Source: Candidatus Magasanikiibacteriota bacterium
GTDB taxonomy: Bacteria > Patescibacteriota > Patescibacteriia > Magasanikbacterales > UBA922
Reading direction: 5' to 3'
NCBI GenBank assembly: GCA_018652595.1
Contig: JABIBU010000013.1
Location: 29,043 to 93,042, forward strand
Length of the DNA: 64,000 nucleotides
A program made the position numbers and the translations under genes. The notes beneath the pieces were generated by a model, which ran no database searches, was not told the origin of the DNA, and worked only from the letters and a program-made list of their open reading frames with translations. Shown here in pieces: positions 47,069 through 57,298 of the stretch. How positions within the stretch are numbered: position 1 is the stretch's first letter; each line of letters begins with the position of its first letter.

Positions 47069-48594
47069 ATAACGGTGTTATTTTTCTTATAAATCCAATA
47101 AAACATTGTTAAATACAACAATACCATTACAACTACACCAATCTGCAGATCTACGGCAGCAAATTTCAGTCCAGCAAACCATTTTACCACCACTGTTATA
47201 TATTGTAACCCAACCCAGGCTATCCATGCAACTAGCTCACCAAGTGGAAAAAGTATAAAGCTAAATATAACAGAAACAAAACCTAAAAGCATTATAAGCG
47301 GTATGATCCACAAAATCAAGACATTGACTATTGGTGCTACAATTGATAGCCGACCAAACTGAAATAGTATAAGAGGTAAAGTAGATATAATTGCCGCCAA
47401 AGTGGATATAATACTTTCCCTAATTCCCAACACTTCTGGAACATGTACGAACCAATCTCGAATAAGTGGCGTGAGATATACGAGTCCCAAAGTAGCAATA
47501 AAAGATAGCTGAAAACCTGCATCCCAAATCAAAATTAAAGGATTGTGGATTGTCATAACCACAGCTGTGAGAACCATTACATTTCCCACATTTGATGTCC
47601 TCCCCATTTGTTTGGCTAGCAAGACTATAACACCCATAATTCCAGCTCGAACGACCGAAGCACTAGCCCCAGCAAAAAGAACAAACAAAATAATTCCAAC
47701 TGTAATAAACCAAAAAGCTTTTTTGCGCGGGATAAGCAAGTGAACACAAATTGTGATCAATACCGTTGCGATAATACTAATATTATATCCAGATATTGCA
47801 ACAATATGTGTGACACCTGTTCGGCTAAATAGCTCATTCAATTCTCCCAAGCCACCACGATAACCATAAAGCAGGCCTGCCATAAAACTGGCATTTGGCT
47901 CGTGCCAAAGCTTGTTTATCCTACTAGCCACAACTTGTTTCAAACTAAAAATACCACGAAACAAAAAATTACCTTCGCCATCCCCTATTTTTTCGATCTT
48001 TGCTCCCTGACAAATTGCAAATACCTTGTACCTGGCCAAATACATATCATAACGAAAATCCTCTATTGTCTCTGGTTTTTCTAATTCACATTTTAATTTT
48101 AATTTATCACCATAATTATATCGTGGATATAGATTTTGTTTTAGATATATTTTTCCTTGAATATTTTGTTTTGTAGACGCAAAATTTTGCGTCTCTACAA
48201 TATATCTGACCCCGTCCATTCTTACATCTGGTTCGGCACTTACATATCCTATTAATTCTATTTTTTGTTCTGTATAATTATTAACATGATTTTGGCTAAT
48301 TGGAAACGCCAGTAAATATCTTCCAACACCTAACACAGCTAACAGAAAACAAATTATAATAAATCTTTTATTTTTATCAGACCAGTAAATAATCAAAAAT
48401 GTAGCAGCGATAAATAATGCTAAATACAAATAAATAAAATCGAATTTTAATTCCAATAGTGATGTAATAGCCACGCCCAAAATAAAACAAAAACAAAACG
48501 TCAAAAACGTCTTGCTTTTTGATTGTGTTATTTTCTTTATCATATCCTCCTTGATAAAAGATTGATGGCACGCCAATTTCCACAATACCCACAA
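47047..48594 (-). CDS. comEC: ComEC/Rec2 DNA-uptake channel, membrane domain only
   Basis: A DUF4131-like N-terminal region and a competence domain (GVTHIVAISGYNISII). No MBL domain is present in this ORF. Confidence 0.65.
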   Translation of the reverse strand: MWVLWKLACHQSFIKEDMIKKITQSKSKTFLTFCFCFILGVAITSLLELKFDFIYLYLALFIAATFLIIYWSDKNKRFIIICFLLAVLGVGRYLLAFPISQNHVNNYTEQKIELIGYVSAEPDVRMDGVRYIVETQNFASTKQNIQGKIYLKQNLYPRYNYGDKLKLKCELEKPETIEDFRYDMYLARYKVFAICQGAKIEKIGDGEGNFLFRGIFSLKQVVASRINKLWHEPNASFMAGLLYGYRGGLGELNELFSRTGVTHIVAISGYNISIIATVLITICVHLLIPRKKAFWFITVGIILFVLFAGASASVVRAGIMGVIVLLAKQMGRTSNVGNVMVLTAVVMTIHNPLILIWDAGFQLSFIATLGLVYLTPLIRDWFVHVPEVLGIRESIISTLAAIISTLPLILFQFGRLSIVAPIVNVLILWIIPLIMLLGFVSVIFSFILFPLGELVAWIAWVGLQYITVVVKWFAGLKFAAVDLQIGVVVMVLLYLTMFYWIYKKNNTVIARNENT

Positions 48595-48652
48595 TCAACC
48601 ACAATTATAATTGTGGTAAATTTTGGTAATTATGGTGATTGGCGTTCTATTT

Positions 48653-51082
48653 TTACACAACTATAGATACCAACTTACCCTTAACATAAATAACCTTCTT
48701 TGGTTCTTTTCCTTCTAGCCACTTCACTACGTTTTCAATTTCTAGAGCTTGTTTTTTTGCATCGTCTTCTGAAATATCTGCCGACACTGTCATATCGCCA
48801 CGAAGCTTTCCGTTTATTTGTACAACTATGGTTAGTTCATCATCTTTTACAAGATTCTCATCATACTCTGGCCACGACTGTATACAAATAGAATCTTTGT
48901 GACCCAGAATACTCCAAAGTTCCTCTGCCATATGTGGTGCAAATGGAGTCAAAAGACGAAGTAATAAGCTATAAGTTGCAAGCTGTAAGCTTTCTTCTTT
49001 GTTCATCTCATTAACTATCTTCATCATCTCTGCGATGGCCGTATTAAACCCTAATGTTTCCAAATCTTCACTGGCTTTCTTTATTACTTTATGTGTCAAT
49101 TTTTCAATCCTCTCATCTTCTTTTTTTTCATCCCCTACTTTTTCCTGAAGTTTCCATACTTTATCCAAAAACCTTCTCACACCCTTCACACCATTCTCAT
49201 TCCACGGCTTATCATCTTCCAAAGGCCCTATAAACATCTCATACATTCTCATAGTATCAGCACCATACTGATTTACTACATCTGTAGGATTTATAGTATT
49301 GCCCCAACGCTTACTCATCTTTCGATTGTCTGGTCCGAGAATTAATCCCTGATGACGATGGACTTTGAATGGTTCATCAAAATCAATATACCCAGCATCA
49401 AATAAGACTTTGGTAAAAAACCTTGAGTACAATAAGTGTCCATTGACATGTTCTGGTCCACCCAGATAAAAATCAACTGGCATCCATTTTTTCAAAGCTT
49501 CTGGACTGGCAAATGCACTATCATTTTTTGGATCAAGATAGCGGAAAAAATACCAAGACGAACACATGAATGTATCAAGTGTGTCTGGTTCGTATTTCCA
49601 ACCTTTTCCGTATTTTTTCTCAGCCCTCTCTTGAAATTCTTTAGAGTAATTCAAAGGTGATTCTCCTGTTGGCTTGAAGTCAACGTCTTCTGGAAGTAAA
49701 ATTGGTAAATCTTCTTCAGGCACTGGCTTCATCTCTCCCTCTTCATTCTGCAACATCGGAATCGGTGCTCCCCAAAATCTCTGACGAGAGACAGACCAAT
49801 CACGAAGTTTGTATTGAACTTTTCCTTTTCCAATATTTTTTTCTTCTAGCCATTTGATTATTTTTGTTTTGGCTTCATTAATACGCAAACCATCCAAAAA
49901 TCCCGAATTAAAATGTACACCATCCCCCTCATAACAAACTTCCAAATTCTGTACCTTTTTCCATTCATTTTCATCATCAGGCTTGATAGTTACAAGTAAC
50001 GGAATATTATATTTTTTAGCAAACTCAAAATCTCTTTCATCATGCGCATCAGCAAACACAGCACCAGTTCCATAACTTGCCAAAACAAAATCAGCAATAT
50101 AAATTGGAATTTCTTCGTTATTTGCCGGATTAATTGCTTTTACACCCTTTAATTCTACTCCGATTTTTTCTTTATCAATTTGGCGAGCAAGTTCAGTCTT
50201 TTTGCTTGTAGCTTCAATATATTTTTTCACTTCATCCCAATTTTGGATCCGATCTTTCAAATCCTGAACATACTGCCCCTCTGGAGCAAGTACTATATAA
50301 GTCGCACCGAATAATGTATCAGGTCTGGTGGTAAACACCTCAATTTTAAATTCAGAATTCAGAATTTTAAATTCAACCGACGCACCCTCACTTCTTCCAA
50401 TCCAATCTCTCTGACGCTTCTTAGTCTCTTCTGGCCAATCGATTTTGTCTAGACCTTCCAAAAGTCTATCAGCATACTCTGTAACTTTGATATACCACTG
50501 TTCCATGTCTTTTTGGATAATCTGTGTGTCACAGCGCTCGCAGTACCCCTCTGAAGTCACCTGATCGTTAGCAAGAACAGTCTTACAACTCTTGCACCAA
50601 TTTACAGCTTGTTTTTTGCGATAGACCAATCCGCGTTTATAAAATAACAAGAAAAACCACTGGGTCCATTTGTAATAGTCTGAATTATGAGCTCCGACTT
50701 CCTTATCCCAGTCAACAGAGATACCAAGTGATTTTATTTGCTCACGAAAGTTATCAATTGCTTTGTCGGTACTAATCTTGGGATGGACATTATTCTTTAT
50801 AGCATAATTTTCTGCTGGCAAACCAAAGCTATCCCAGCCAATCGCTTGTAAGACCTTCTTACCTTTCATGCGCTGATAACGAGCATAGATATCACAAGCT
50901 GAATATACCTCGGCATGACCAACATGAAGACCACTACCAGATGGATATGGCAGTTGTGGCAAAATATAATATTTATTTGTCTTAGTAACTTCCTCGGGAG
51001 TTTTGAAAAGTTTTTTCTTTTCCCAATATTTCTGCCACTTAGCTTCACCCTTATTTTCTAAAAATTCTTTATAAGTTTTCAT
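48653..51082 (-). CDS. leuS: Leucyl-tRNA synthetase
   Basis: HVGHAE (HIGH motif), KMSKR, and the editing and anticodon-binding domains; 809 aa. Confidence 0.9.
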   Translation of the reverse strand: MKTYKEFLENKGEAKWQKYWEKKKLFKTPEEVTKTNKYYILPQLPYPSGSGLHVGHAEVYSACDIYARYQRMKGKKVLQAIGWDSFGLPAENYAIKNNVHPKISTDKAIDNFREQIKSLGISVDWDKEVGAHNSDYYKWTQWFFLLFYKRGLVYRKKQAVNWCKSCKTVLANDQVTSEGYCERCDTQIIQKDMEQWYIKVTEYADRLLEGLDKIDWPEETKKRQRDWIGRSEGASVEFKILNSEFKIEVFTTRPDTLFGATYIVLAPEGQYVQDLKDRIQNWDEVKKYIEATSKKTELARQIDKEKIGVELKGVKAINPANNEEIPIYIADFVLASYGTGAVFADAHDERDFEFAKKYNIPLLVTIKPDDENEWKKVQNLEVCYEGDGVHFNSGFLDGLRINEAKTKIIKWLEEKNIGKGKVQYKLRDWSVSRQRFWGAPIPMLQNEEGEMKPVPEEDLPILLPEDVDFKPTGESPLNYSKEFQERAEKKYGKGWKYEPDTLDTFMCSSWYFFRYLDPKNDSAFASPEALKKWMPVDFYLGGPEHVNGHLLYSRFFTKVLFDAGYIDFDEPFKVHRHQGLILGPDNRKMSKRWGNTINPTDVVNQYGADTMRMYEMFIGPLEDDKPWNENGVKGVRRFLDKVWKLQEKVGDEKKEDERIEKLTHKVIKKASEDLETLGFNTAIAEMMKIVNEMNKEESLQLATYSLLLRLLTPFAPHMAEELWSILGHKDSICIQSWPEYDENLVKDDELTIVVQINGKLRGDMTVSADISEDDAKKQALEIENVVKWLEGKEPKKVIYVKGKLVSIVV

Positions 51083-51085
51083 AAA

Positions 51086-51865
51086 TTAAAATAATTCTAA
51101 TAATTTTTTATGTAATTTTGGATTTGCAACTACTATATCCATCTTGCCTTTTTCCCATTTTTCACCAGCACAATCAGTCCAAACAGCACCAGCCTCTGTA
51201 GCAATAACAGATGGCGCTAAGTAATCATGATACAGTCCACTATTTTTTACCAAAACATCAATCCTCCCAGCTGCCAAATAACAAGCTTCTAGCATAGTAC
51301 CATGGTTACTAATCCAATGACCATTTTCACCCATCAAATTTTTATAAAACACCAAAAACTCTTGAAACTTTTTTGGTGAGTATGGAGAATTTTCATCCAC
51401 TATTCCGTTGGAAAAAACAGTAAAAGCGTGCTTCACAGTCTCGTGATTACTTACGCTTATTTTATTACCATTACAGTGTGCCCCTTTATCTTTTTGGGCA
51501 AAAAACAATTCATCATTTATTGCGTCATATATCACACCAATATATGCCTCACCATTTTTTGTAAGACCTATCATAGTGCACCAGGCCGCAATATGCTTGG
51601 CAAAGTTCCTAGTACCATCAATTGGATCTATTACCCAAACATATTCCGCATCTTCATTTACAATCTCATCTTCTTCCTCGGAAATTATTCCATGATCTGG
51701 ATATTTTTCCTTAATTTTTTTTATTATAAAATCACTAACAGCTATATCTGCATCAGTTACCAGATCATCTGGGCTAGACTTAAAACGATGGCTTATCCCC
51801 TCTTTATAGTAGCTCAAAGCCAAACTACCCGCCTCCTTGGCTAGTTCTTTTGCAAATCCTAACAT
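51086..51865 (-). CDS. Inositol monophosphatase-family protein
   Basis: WVIDPIDGT and the remaining Mg-binding motifs. Confidence 0.65.
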   Translation of the reverse strand: MLGFAKELAKEAGSLALSYYKEGISHRFKSSPDDLVTDADIAVSDFIIKKIKEKYPDHGIISEEEDEIVNEDAEYVWVIDPIDGTRNFAKHIAAWCTMIGLTKNGEAYIGVIYDAINDELFFAQKDKGAHCNGNKISVSNHETVKHAFTVFSNGIVDENSPYSPKKFQEFLVFYKNLMGENGHWISNHGTMLEACYLAAGRIDVLVKNSGLYHDYLAPSVIATEAGAVWTDCAGEKWEKGKMDIVVANPKLHKKLLELF

Positions 51866-52069
51866 ATAACCTATTTTAGCGAATTACAGGTAAAAATGCA
51901 AGTTATATTTGACTGATTAAATTAATTATGGTTTAATATGCCAAACTCACAAGAGGTCAAAGGTGATCGAACTAATTTTTGTAGAGATAATGGTACCTTC
52001 TGCTAAAGTTGCTATTATTTTCTGTCTCGTTGTCTCAGGAATCTTTTACATCATTATGAGAGGTATGAA

Positions 52070-52306
52070 ATGACTAAAAATATTTTGCCGTGCTTGATAG
52101 CACCAATGCTCCTGATTCTAAGCTACATCCTCTACTCCCAATACCCCCCGCTAGACCAACTCCCTACAGGCCTCTGCAACGCTCTTTCTCTAATTCTTGT
52201 TTTTTTGGCAATAATTATCAGCTTCATCATCAAAATGATGAGAGCCGTTGATTGGTGGCAAAAACTACCACCAGAAGACAAGATGAAGCCCACCCCTGGG
52301 GAGTAG
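52070..52306 (+). CDS. Small membrane protein
   Basis: 78 aa with two TM segments. Confidence 0.3.
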   Translation: MTKNILPCLIAPMLLILSYILYSQYPPLDQLPTGLCNALSLILVFLAIIISFIIKMMRAVDWWQKLPPEDKMKPTPGE

Positions 52307-52351
52307 CTTGCTATTCCTCACCCCCGCTTAGTTTATTTATTTAAATAAATT

Positions 52352-52390
52352 GAGCGAAACAAAAAACCATCCAATTTATTTTGAATGGTT
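52352..52390. terminator. Probable bidirectional terminator downstream of gdh
   Basis: AAAAAACCAT..ATGGTTTTTTGTTTT. Confidence 0.4.
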
Positions 52391-52452
52391 TTTTGTTTTA
52401 AATTCTACAAACAATATATCGCTACCCCTTAATCTAATTTTATAGTTAATAT

Positions 52453-53679
52453 TTAGATTTCCGTCTTCTCTGCCACCCTCTCAACCGCCTTTACAAAAGC
52501 TGCAGTACGCATATCAATACTATATTTTTCTTTAGTTTCCCAAACTTCGTCAAAAGCATTTACCATAATCTTTTCTAGCTTCTCCAATACATCTTCTTCG
52601 CTCCAGTGCTCACCTTTTACATTTTGGTCCCATTCAAAGTACGATACAGTCACACCGCCAGCATTGGCTAATACATCTGGCACCACTACCACACCTTTTT
52701 CTTTCAAAATTTCATCAGCTTCTGGTGTAGTTGGACCATTAGCAAGCTCTACTACTGCTTTTGCCTTAATATTTTGCGCATTTTCTTTTGTAATTACATT
52801 TTCCAAAGCAGCTGGCACTAATATATCTACATCAAGCTCTAAAATTTCTTCATTTGAAATATTTTCAGTTCCCTCAAAATCAATTACTGAACGAGTGATA
52901 GCTTTGTGTTCATTTAATTTTTCAATGTTTAAACCCTCTGTATTTTTGATTCCACCTTTTGAATCCGACACAGATACTACTTTATAACCCTTTTCATCCA
53001 AAATTTTTGCCATAAAACTACCAGCATTACCATAGCCCTGTACTGCAACAGTGGTTTGAGATGGCTCAAGACTCATCTTCTTGGCAAGTTCTAGTACACA
53101 ATATACTCCGCCCTGAGCAGTGGAATAACCTCTAGCTTCTGAACCACCTTGATCAAGCGGTTTACCAGTAATAACACCTGGGTCTTCGTGCCCAACCAAC
53201 TTTTCGTATTCATTACGCATCCAAGACATGATCTGTGGTGTGGTATATACATCTGGTGCTGGAACATCTTTATCAGAACCAATATTGCGCCAGACTTTCT
53301 GAACATAACCACGAGATAGTCTCTCTATTTCTCCTTCTGATAATTCTTTTGGATTTACAATTATTCCACCCTTTCCCCCACCCATTGGTATGTTAACAGT
53401 TGCGCACTTTACCATCATCCAAAATGACAAAGCTTTTACTTCATCCAATGTCACATTTGGGTGATAACGAATCCCGCCTTTGTAAGGTCCTAGAGCATTA
53501 TTAAACTGTGATCTATAACCTGTGAAGACTTTAACCTCACCACTGTCCATTTTTACAGGAATAGAGAGTGTTAAAACTCGCTCAGGACGCTTCAAAACTT
53601 CGTGAACAGCTTTGTCCAGATTAATTATCTTTGCAGCCTTGTCCAACTGCTCCATGGCATTTTCGAAAGGATTGTTCAT
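52453..53679 (-). CDS. gdhA: Glutamate dehydrogenase (Glu/Leu/Phe/Val dehydrogenase family)
   Basis: Catalytic K-box (GGGKGG) and a Rossmann GYGNAG motif. Confidence 0.8.
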   Translation of the reverse strand: MNNPFENAMEQLDKAAKIINLDKAVHEVLKRPERVLTLSIPVKMDSGEVKVFTGYRSQFNNALGPYKGGIRYHPNVTLDEVKALSFWMMVKCATVNIPMGGGKGGIIVNPKELSEGEIERLSRGYVQKVWRNIGSDKDVPAPDVYTTPQIMSWMRNEYEKLVGHEDPGVITGKPLDQGGSEARGYSTAQGGVYCVLELAKKMSLEPSQTTVAVQGYGNAGSFMAKILDEKGYKVVSVSDSKGGIKNTEGLNIEKLNEHKAITRSVIDFEGTENISNEEILELDVDILVPAALENVITKENAQNIKAKAVVELANGPTTPEADEILKEKGVVVVPDVLANAGGVTVSYFEWDQNVKGEHWSEEDVLEKLEKIMVNAFDEVWETKEKYSIDMRTAAFVKAVERVAEKTEI

Positions 53680-53925
53680 AGTTATTTAGGTGTTAGGTTG
53701 ATTAGGTAATTAGGTTTTAGATGTATATTTTACACCTTGAAGAAAAAATGGTCAAATGATGAACAAAATAGTTAGCAAGTTAACAAGTGCTCAAGTGTGC
53801 AAATTATAAATAAAACATCTAAACATTTACTTGTTAACTTGAGCACCTGCCAATTTGTATACAAAACACCACGACATAAGCCGAGGTGTTTATATATTTA
53901 AATGTTTAGGTCGTAGACCGTATGG

Positions 53926-54246
53926 TTAGATATGCTTATCCACCATCTCTTTCAACTTATCCTTTTGTACTCCACCAACCATCTGATCCACTACTTCACC
54001 GCCTTTGAAAACTAGAAATGTTGGAATACTCATTACTTTGTACTCTCCAGCTGAAGCTTGGTTTTCGTCTACATTAAGTTTTGCTACTTTTATTTTTCCT
54101 TCATATTCACTAGCTAGCTCGTCTACCAATGGACCCATCATCTGACAAGGACCACACCATGGTGCCCAAAAATCTACTAAAACTGGTTTATCTGATTTCA
54201 AAACTTCGGCTTCGAAGTTGCTGTCGTCTAAAATTATTTCGGACAT
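53926..54246 (-). CDS. trxA: Thioredoxin
   Basis: WAPWCGPCQ. Confidence 0.85.
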   Translation of the reverse strand: MSEIILDDSNFEAEVLKSDKPVLVDFWAPWCGPCQMMGPLVDELASEYEGKIKVAKLNVDENQASAGEYKVMSIPTFLVFKGGEVVDQMVGGVQKDKLKEMVDKHI

Positions 54247-54281
54247 ATTTTTATAAGGATTAAAGATTAAGGAATATTTTT

Positions 54282-55091
54282 TTAAGCGGCTAGTGGTAAT
54301 TGTTCTTCCTCATCACTGGCAGATTCTTCTGGTTTTTTATGAAGCTCTGTTACATTTGTTTGCTCTTCTTCCTCAGGAGAATCAACCGCTTCTGCTCCGC
54401 CCTCGACACCATACAAAAAATTAACTTCTACTTGCTTGGTTTCTCCACCTGGTGTAGTAGCTGACACTATATACGAAAAACCCTCATCTCCTAAAAAGTC
54501 ACTAGTATATGGATTTATATCAAATTTCGTACCCGCACCTACTGAGGTTTTTATAGATTCCGCCAATATGCCCCTCATTACTTCAGCTCCTGAAGGTGCA
54601 ATAATAAAATTTCTAGCTAATTTTCCTTTTTCTGGTTGAGATTTAGTTGATTTTTTTTCAAAACGACCATCATGCATTATTATGTTTCTAGCCTCAAACA
54701 CTTCCCCCCCACACTTTAGATTAAATTTCATAATAGCCAGATCCAAGAGCCCTTCCAAACTTTGTTCTGTTATTTCTTCTTCTGCTAATTCTTGAGCAAC
54801 TGTTGGGTCTTCCATTTTTTCAGCAGCCTCCATTGCAACTTTTTCTGTTCTATTATCAAGGTCTACATTTACTTTTTGTAAAAAATCAGGTGTTGTAACT
54901 AGTCCATACTCTGCCTGACCAATTTTTTGACCACTTTCATTAGTAAGATCAATTGTATTAGCCCCAACTTCTTTTCTTACAGGTTTCAGCTTACCAACCT
55001 TACTTTCAGTTTTTGGTTTAATTCTTTCTTTTTCATTATTAAAATCAAACACTTCGGCCATCTGTTCTTGTTTTTTTTCTTTCTCAGGCAT
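54282..55091 (-). CDS. Hypothetical protein
   Basis: 269 aa, acidic at both ends; no motif recognised. Confidence 0.35.
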   Translation of the reverse strand: MPEKEKKQEQMAEVFDFNNEKERIKPKTESKVGKLKPVRKEVGANTIDLTNESGQKIGQAEYGLVTTPDFLQKVNVDLDNRTEKVAMEAAEKMEDPTVAQELAEEEITEQSLEGLLDLAIMKFNLKCGGEVFEARNIIMHDGRFEKKSTKSQPEKGKLARNFIIAPSGAEVMRGILAESIKTSVGAGTKFDINPYTSDFLGDEGFSYIVSATTPGGETKQVEVNFLYGVEGGAEAVDSPEEEEQTNVTELHKKPEESASDEEEQLPLAA

Positions 55092-55118
55092 ATAAAAAAA
55101 TGTATATTAAAGCTATGT

Positions 55119-57149
55119 TTACTGTTCAAAAACTATTTTCTTTGCTTTGCTTTCCTCACGATAAAATTCTAATAAATCACCCTCTTCAATTTTTTCTTTT
55201 CCTTCATATCTTACACCGCACTCTGTACCAGCTGGTACTTCATTCATGTTTTGCTGACCGACTTGGCACTTGGACACTGTACCGACTTCCACAAGCTCGC
55301 CTTTTCGCTTCACTCGCACTCTTACACCAGCAGTGATCTTACCCTCGGTAACACGTCCACCAACTGTCATCGCTTTTTTATCAGTCCTAAATATTGCAAT
55401 GATTTTTAGTCTTCCTAATTCTGTAATAATTTTTTCAGTTGATAGTAATTTTTCAAGTTCTTCCTTTGCCCAATTTATTAAATCATAAATTATCTCATAA
55501 CGCAAAAACTGGATATCTTTTTCACGCATAGTCTCTTCGGCACTTGGAGTAGGATTTACTTTAAAACCAATTACAGTAGCGCCACTAGCCTCAGCTTTTG
55601 CAACATCGTCTTCTGTAATATTCCCAAGACCCTTTCCAACGATTTGCACACCGACTTCGTCATGTTTTAGTTTTTCGAGTGAACCAATAATTGCTTCGAG
55701 GGATCCCAAAACATCAGTCTTAACAACTAAATCCAAAGTCTTTTTCTTATTTTCATCTTCTTCATCCTCATTTTTTATCAATGAAACATGCTTTTCTGCA
55801 CCAGTCTGCTCTGTCTTTTTTTGTTTTATGTTAATTTTTTGAGAAACACCAGCTTTACCAATATCCATGACATCTCCCACTTCTGGAGCCACCTTAAAAC
55901 CAATAATCTGAACTGGCACTGATGGGCCGGCCTCTTCTACATTTTCTGCTTTGTAATCTTTCATGGCTCTTACTTTGCCATAAATTTCATTGTTAACAAC
56001 AAGAGGATCATTTTTCTTTAGTGTTCCTGATTGTACCAAAACTGTAGCTACTGGACCCATGCCTTTGTCAACATGAGACTCAATCACAGTACCGGCTGCT
56101 GGAGCGCCTGCATCAGCCTTAATTTTATCAGCATTCATATCAGCAACCAGAAGTAACACGTCTAGCAATTTATCAATATTTTGTTCTTGTTTGGCAGATA
56201 TCTCTACCATCGGCACATCTCCACCATACTCTTCGCATAAAATATTGTGTTGAGATAATTCTGTCTTTACGCGCTGTGGATCAGCACCCTCTCTATCAAT
56301 TTTATTAATTGCAACCACAAAAGGAAGTTTGGCGGCTCTGATAATTTCAATAACTTCTACGGTCTGAGGCTTCACACCATCGTCAGCTGCCACAATCATA
56401 ATAGCAATATCAGCAACCTTGGCACCACGAGATCTCATCACAGTAAAAGCTTCGTGTCCTGGAGTGTCAATAAAAGTAAGCAATCTCTCATCATTAGTCT
56501 TTGGATCTTTCCAAATGGTTTGATAAGCACCAATATGCTGAGTAATACCACCAGATTCAGTATCAATTACATTTGTTTTTCTAATAGCATCAAGCAAACG
56601 CGTCTTACCATGGTCCACATGCCCCATTACAACAAAAACAGGCGGACGATCTTCTCCAGCTTCAGTACCTGCCAATGCTTCTTCTAGTGCTTGTTCTTTG
56701 GCAGCTTCTTTTTCTTCGTCCACTTCTCCACCCTCTTCTTTTTGTGGGGTGAAGCCTAGCTCTTCTGCCATAATAGCAGCAGTGTCATAATCAATATTTT
56801 GGTTTTGATTTGCCAGAATTCCGTTTTTCATTAGCTCGGTAATCACCTGAGTGACTGACAAATTTAATCGACCTGCAAAATCCTTCACAGTAATAAGATC
56901 GGGCAAAATAACCGTCTCACCGCTTTCCTTTCGGAGTTCTTTTTCTTTTTGCTTATTCTCTTCTGCTTCCTTACGCTTCTTCTCATCCAATTCTTTTCTA
57001 ATATGACGCCAACGACGCATAATCTTATCAGCCACCTTGTTGTCAATTTTTATAGCCTTTGCACCAATATCAAAACCATACTGAGGAAGTATCTCCAGCA
57101 TTTCTTTGGTGTTGACTCTAAGTTTTCGGGCTAGTTCTGTTACATTCAT
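55119..57149 (-). CDS. infB: Translation initiation factor IF-2
   Basis: VVMGHVDHGKTRLLD G-domain plus the beta-barrel domains. Confidence 0.9.
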   Translation of the reverse strand: MNVTELARKLRVNTKEMLEILPQYGFDIGAKAIKIDNKVADKIMRRWRHIRKELDEKKRKEAEENKQKEKELRKESGETVILPDLITVKDFAGRLNLSVTQVITELMKNGILANQNQNIDYDTAAIMAEELGFTPQKEEGGEVDEEKEAAKEQALEEALAGTEAGEDRPPVFVVMGHVDHGKTRLLDAIRKTNVIDTESGGITQHIGAYQTIWKDPKTNDERLLTFIDTPGHEAFTVMRSRGAKVADIAIMIVAADDGVKPQTVEVIEIIRAAKLPFVVAINKIDREGADPQRVKTELSQHNILCEEYGGDVPMVEISAKQEQNIDKLLDVLLLVADMNADKIKADAGAPAAGTVIESHVDKGMGPVATVLVQSGTLKKNDPLVVNNEIYGKVRAMKDYKAENVEEAGPSVPVQIIGFKVAPEVGDVMDIGKAGVSQKINIKQKKTEQTGAEKHVSLIKNEDEEDENKKKTLDLVVKTDVLGSLEAIIGSLEKLKHDEVGVQIVGKGLGNITEDDVAKAEASGATVIGFKVNPTPSAEETMREKDIQFLRYEIIYDLINWAKEELEKLLSTEKIITELGRLKIIAIFRTDKKAMTVGGRVTEGKITAGVRVRVKRKGELVEVGTVSKCQVGQQNMNEVPAGTECGVRYEGKEKIEEGDLLEFYREESKAKKIVFEQ

Positions 57150-57298
57150 CTAAAAAAAGCTTAAAATGCCTGAGAAGCCAAAAAGGCTTAGAAGGCTAAG
57201 TAGTGATAAGATTATACTACACAAGATAAAAAAAGTCAATCTGTATACAACAAAACCACCTAACTAAGGCGGTTTTATCACATTTTATCCATTTTATA

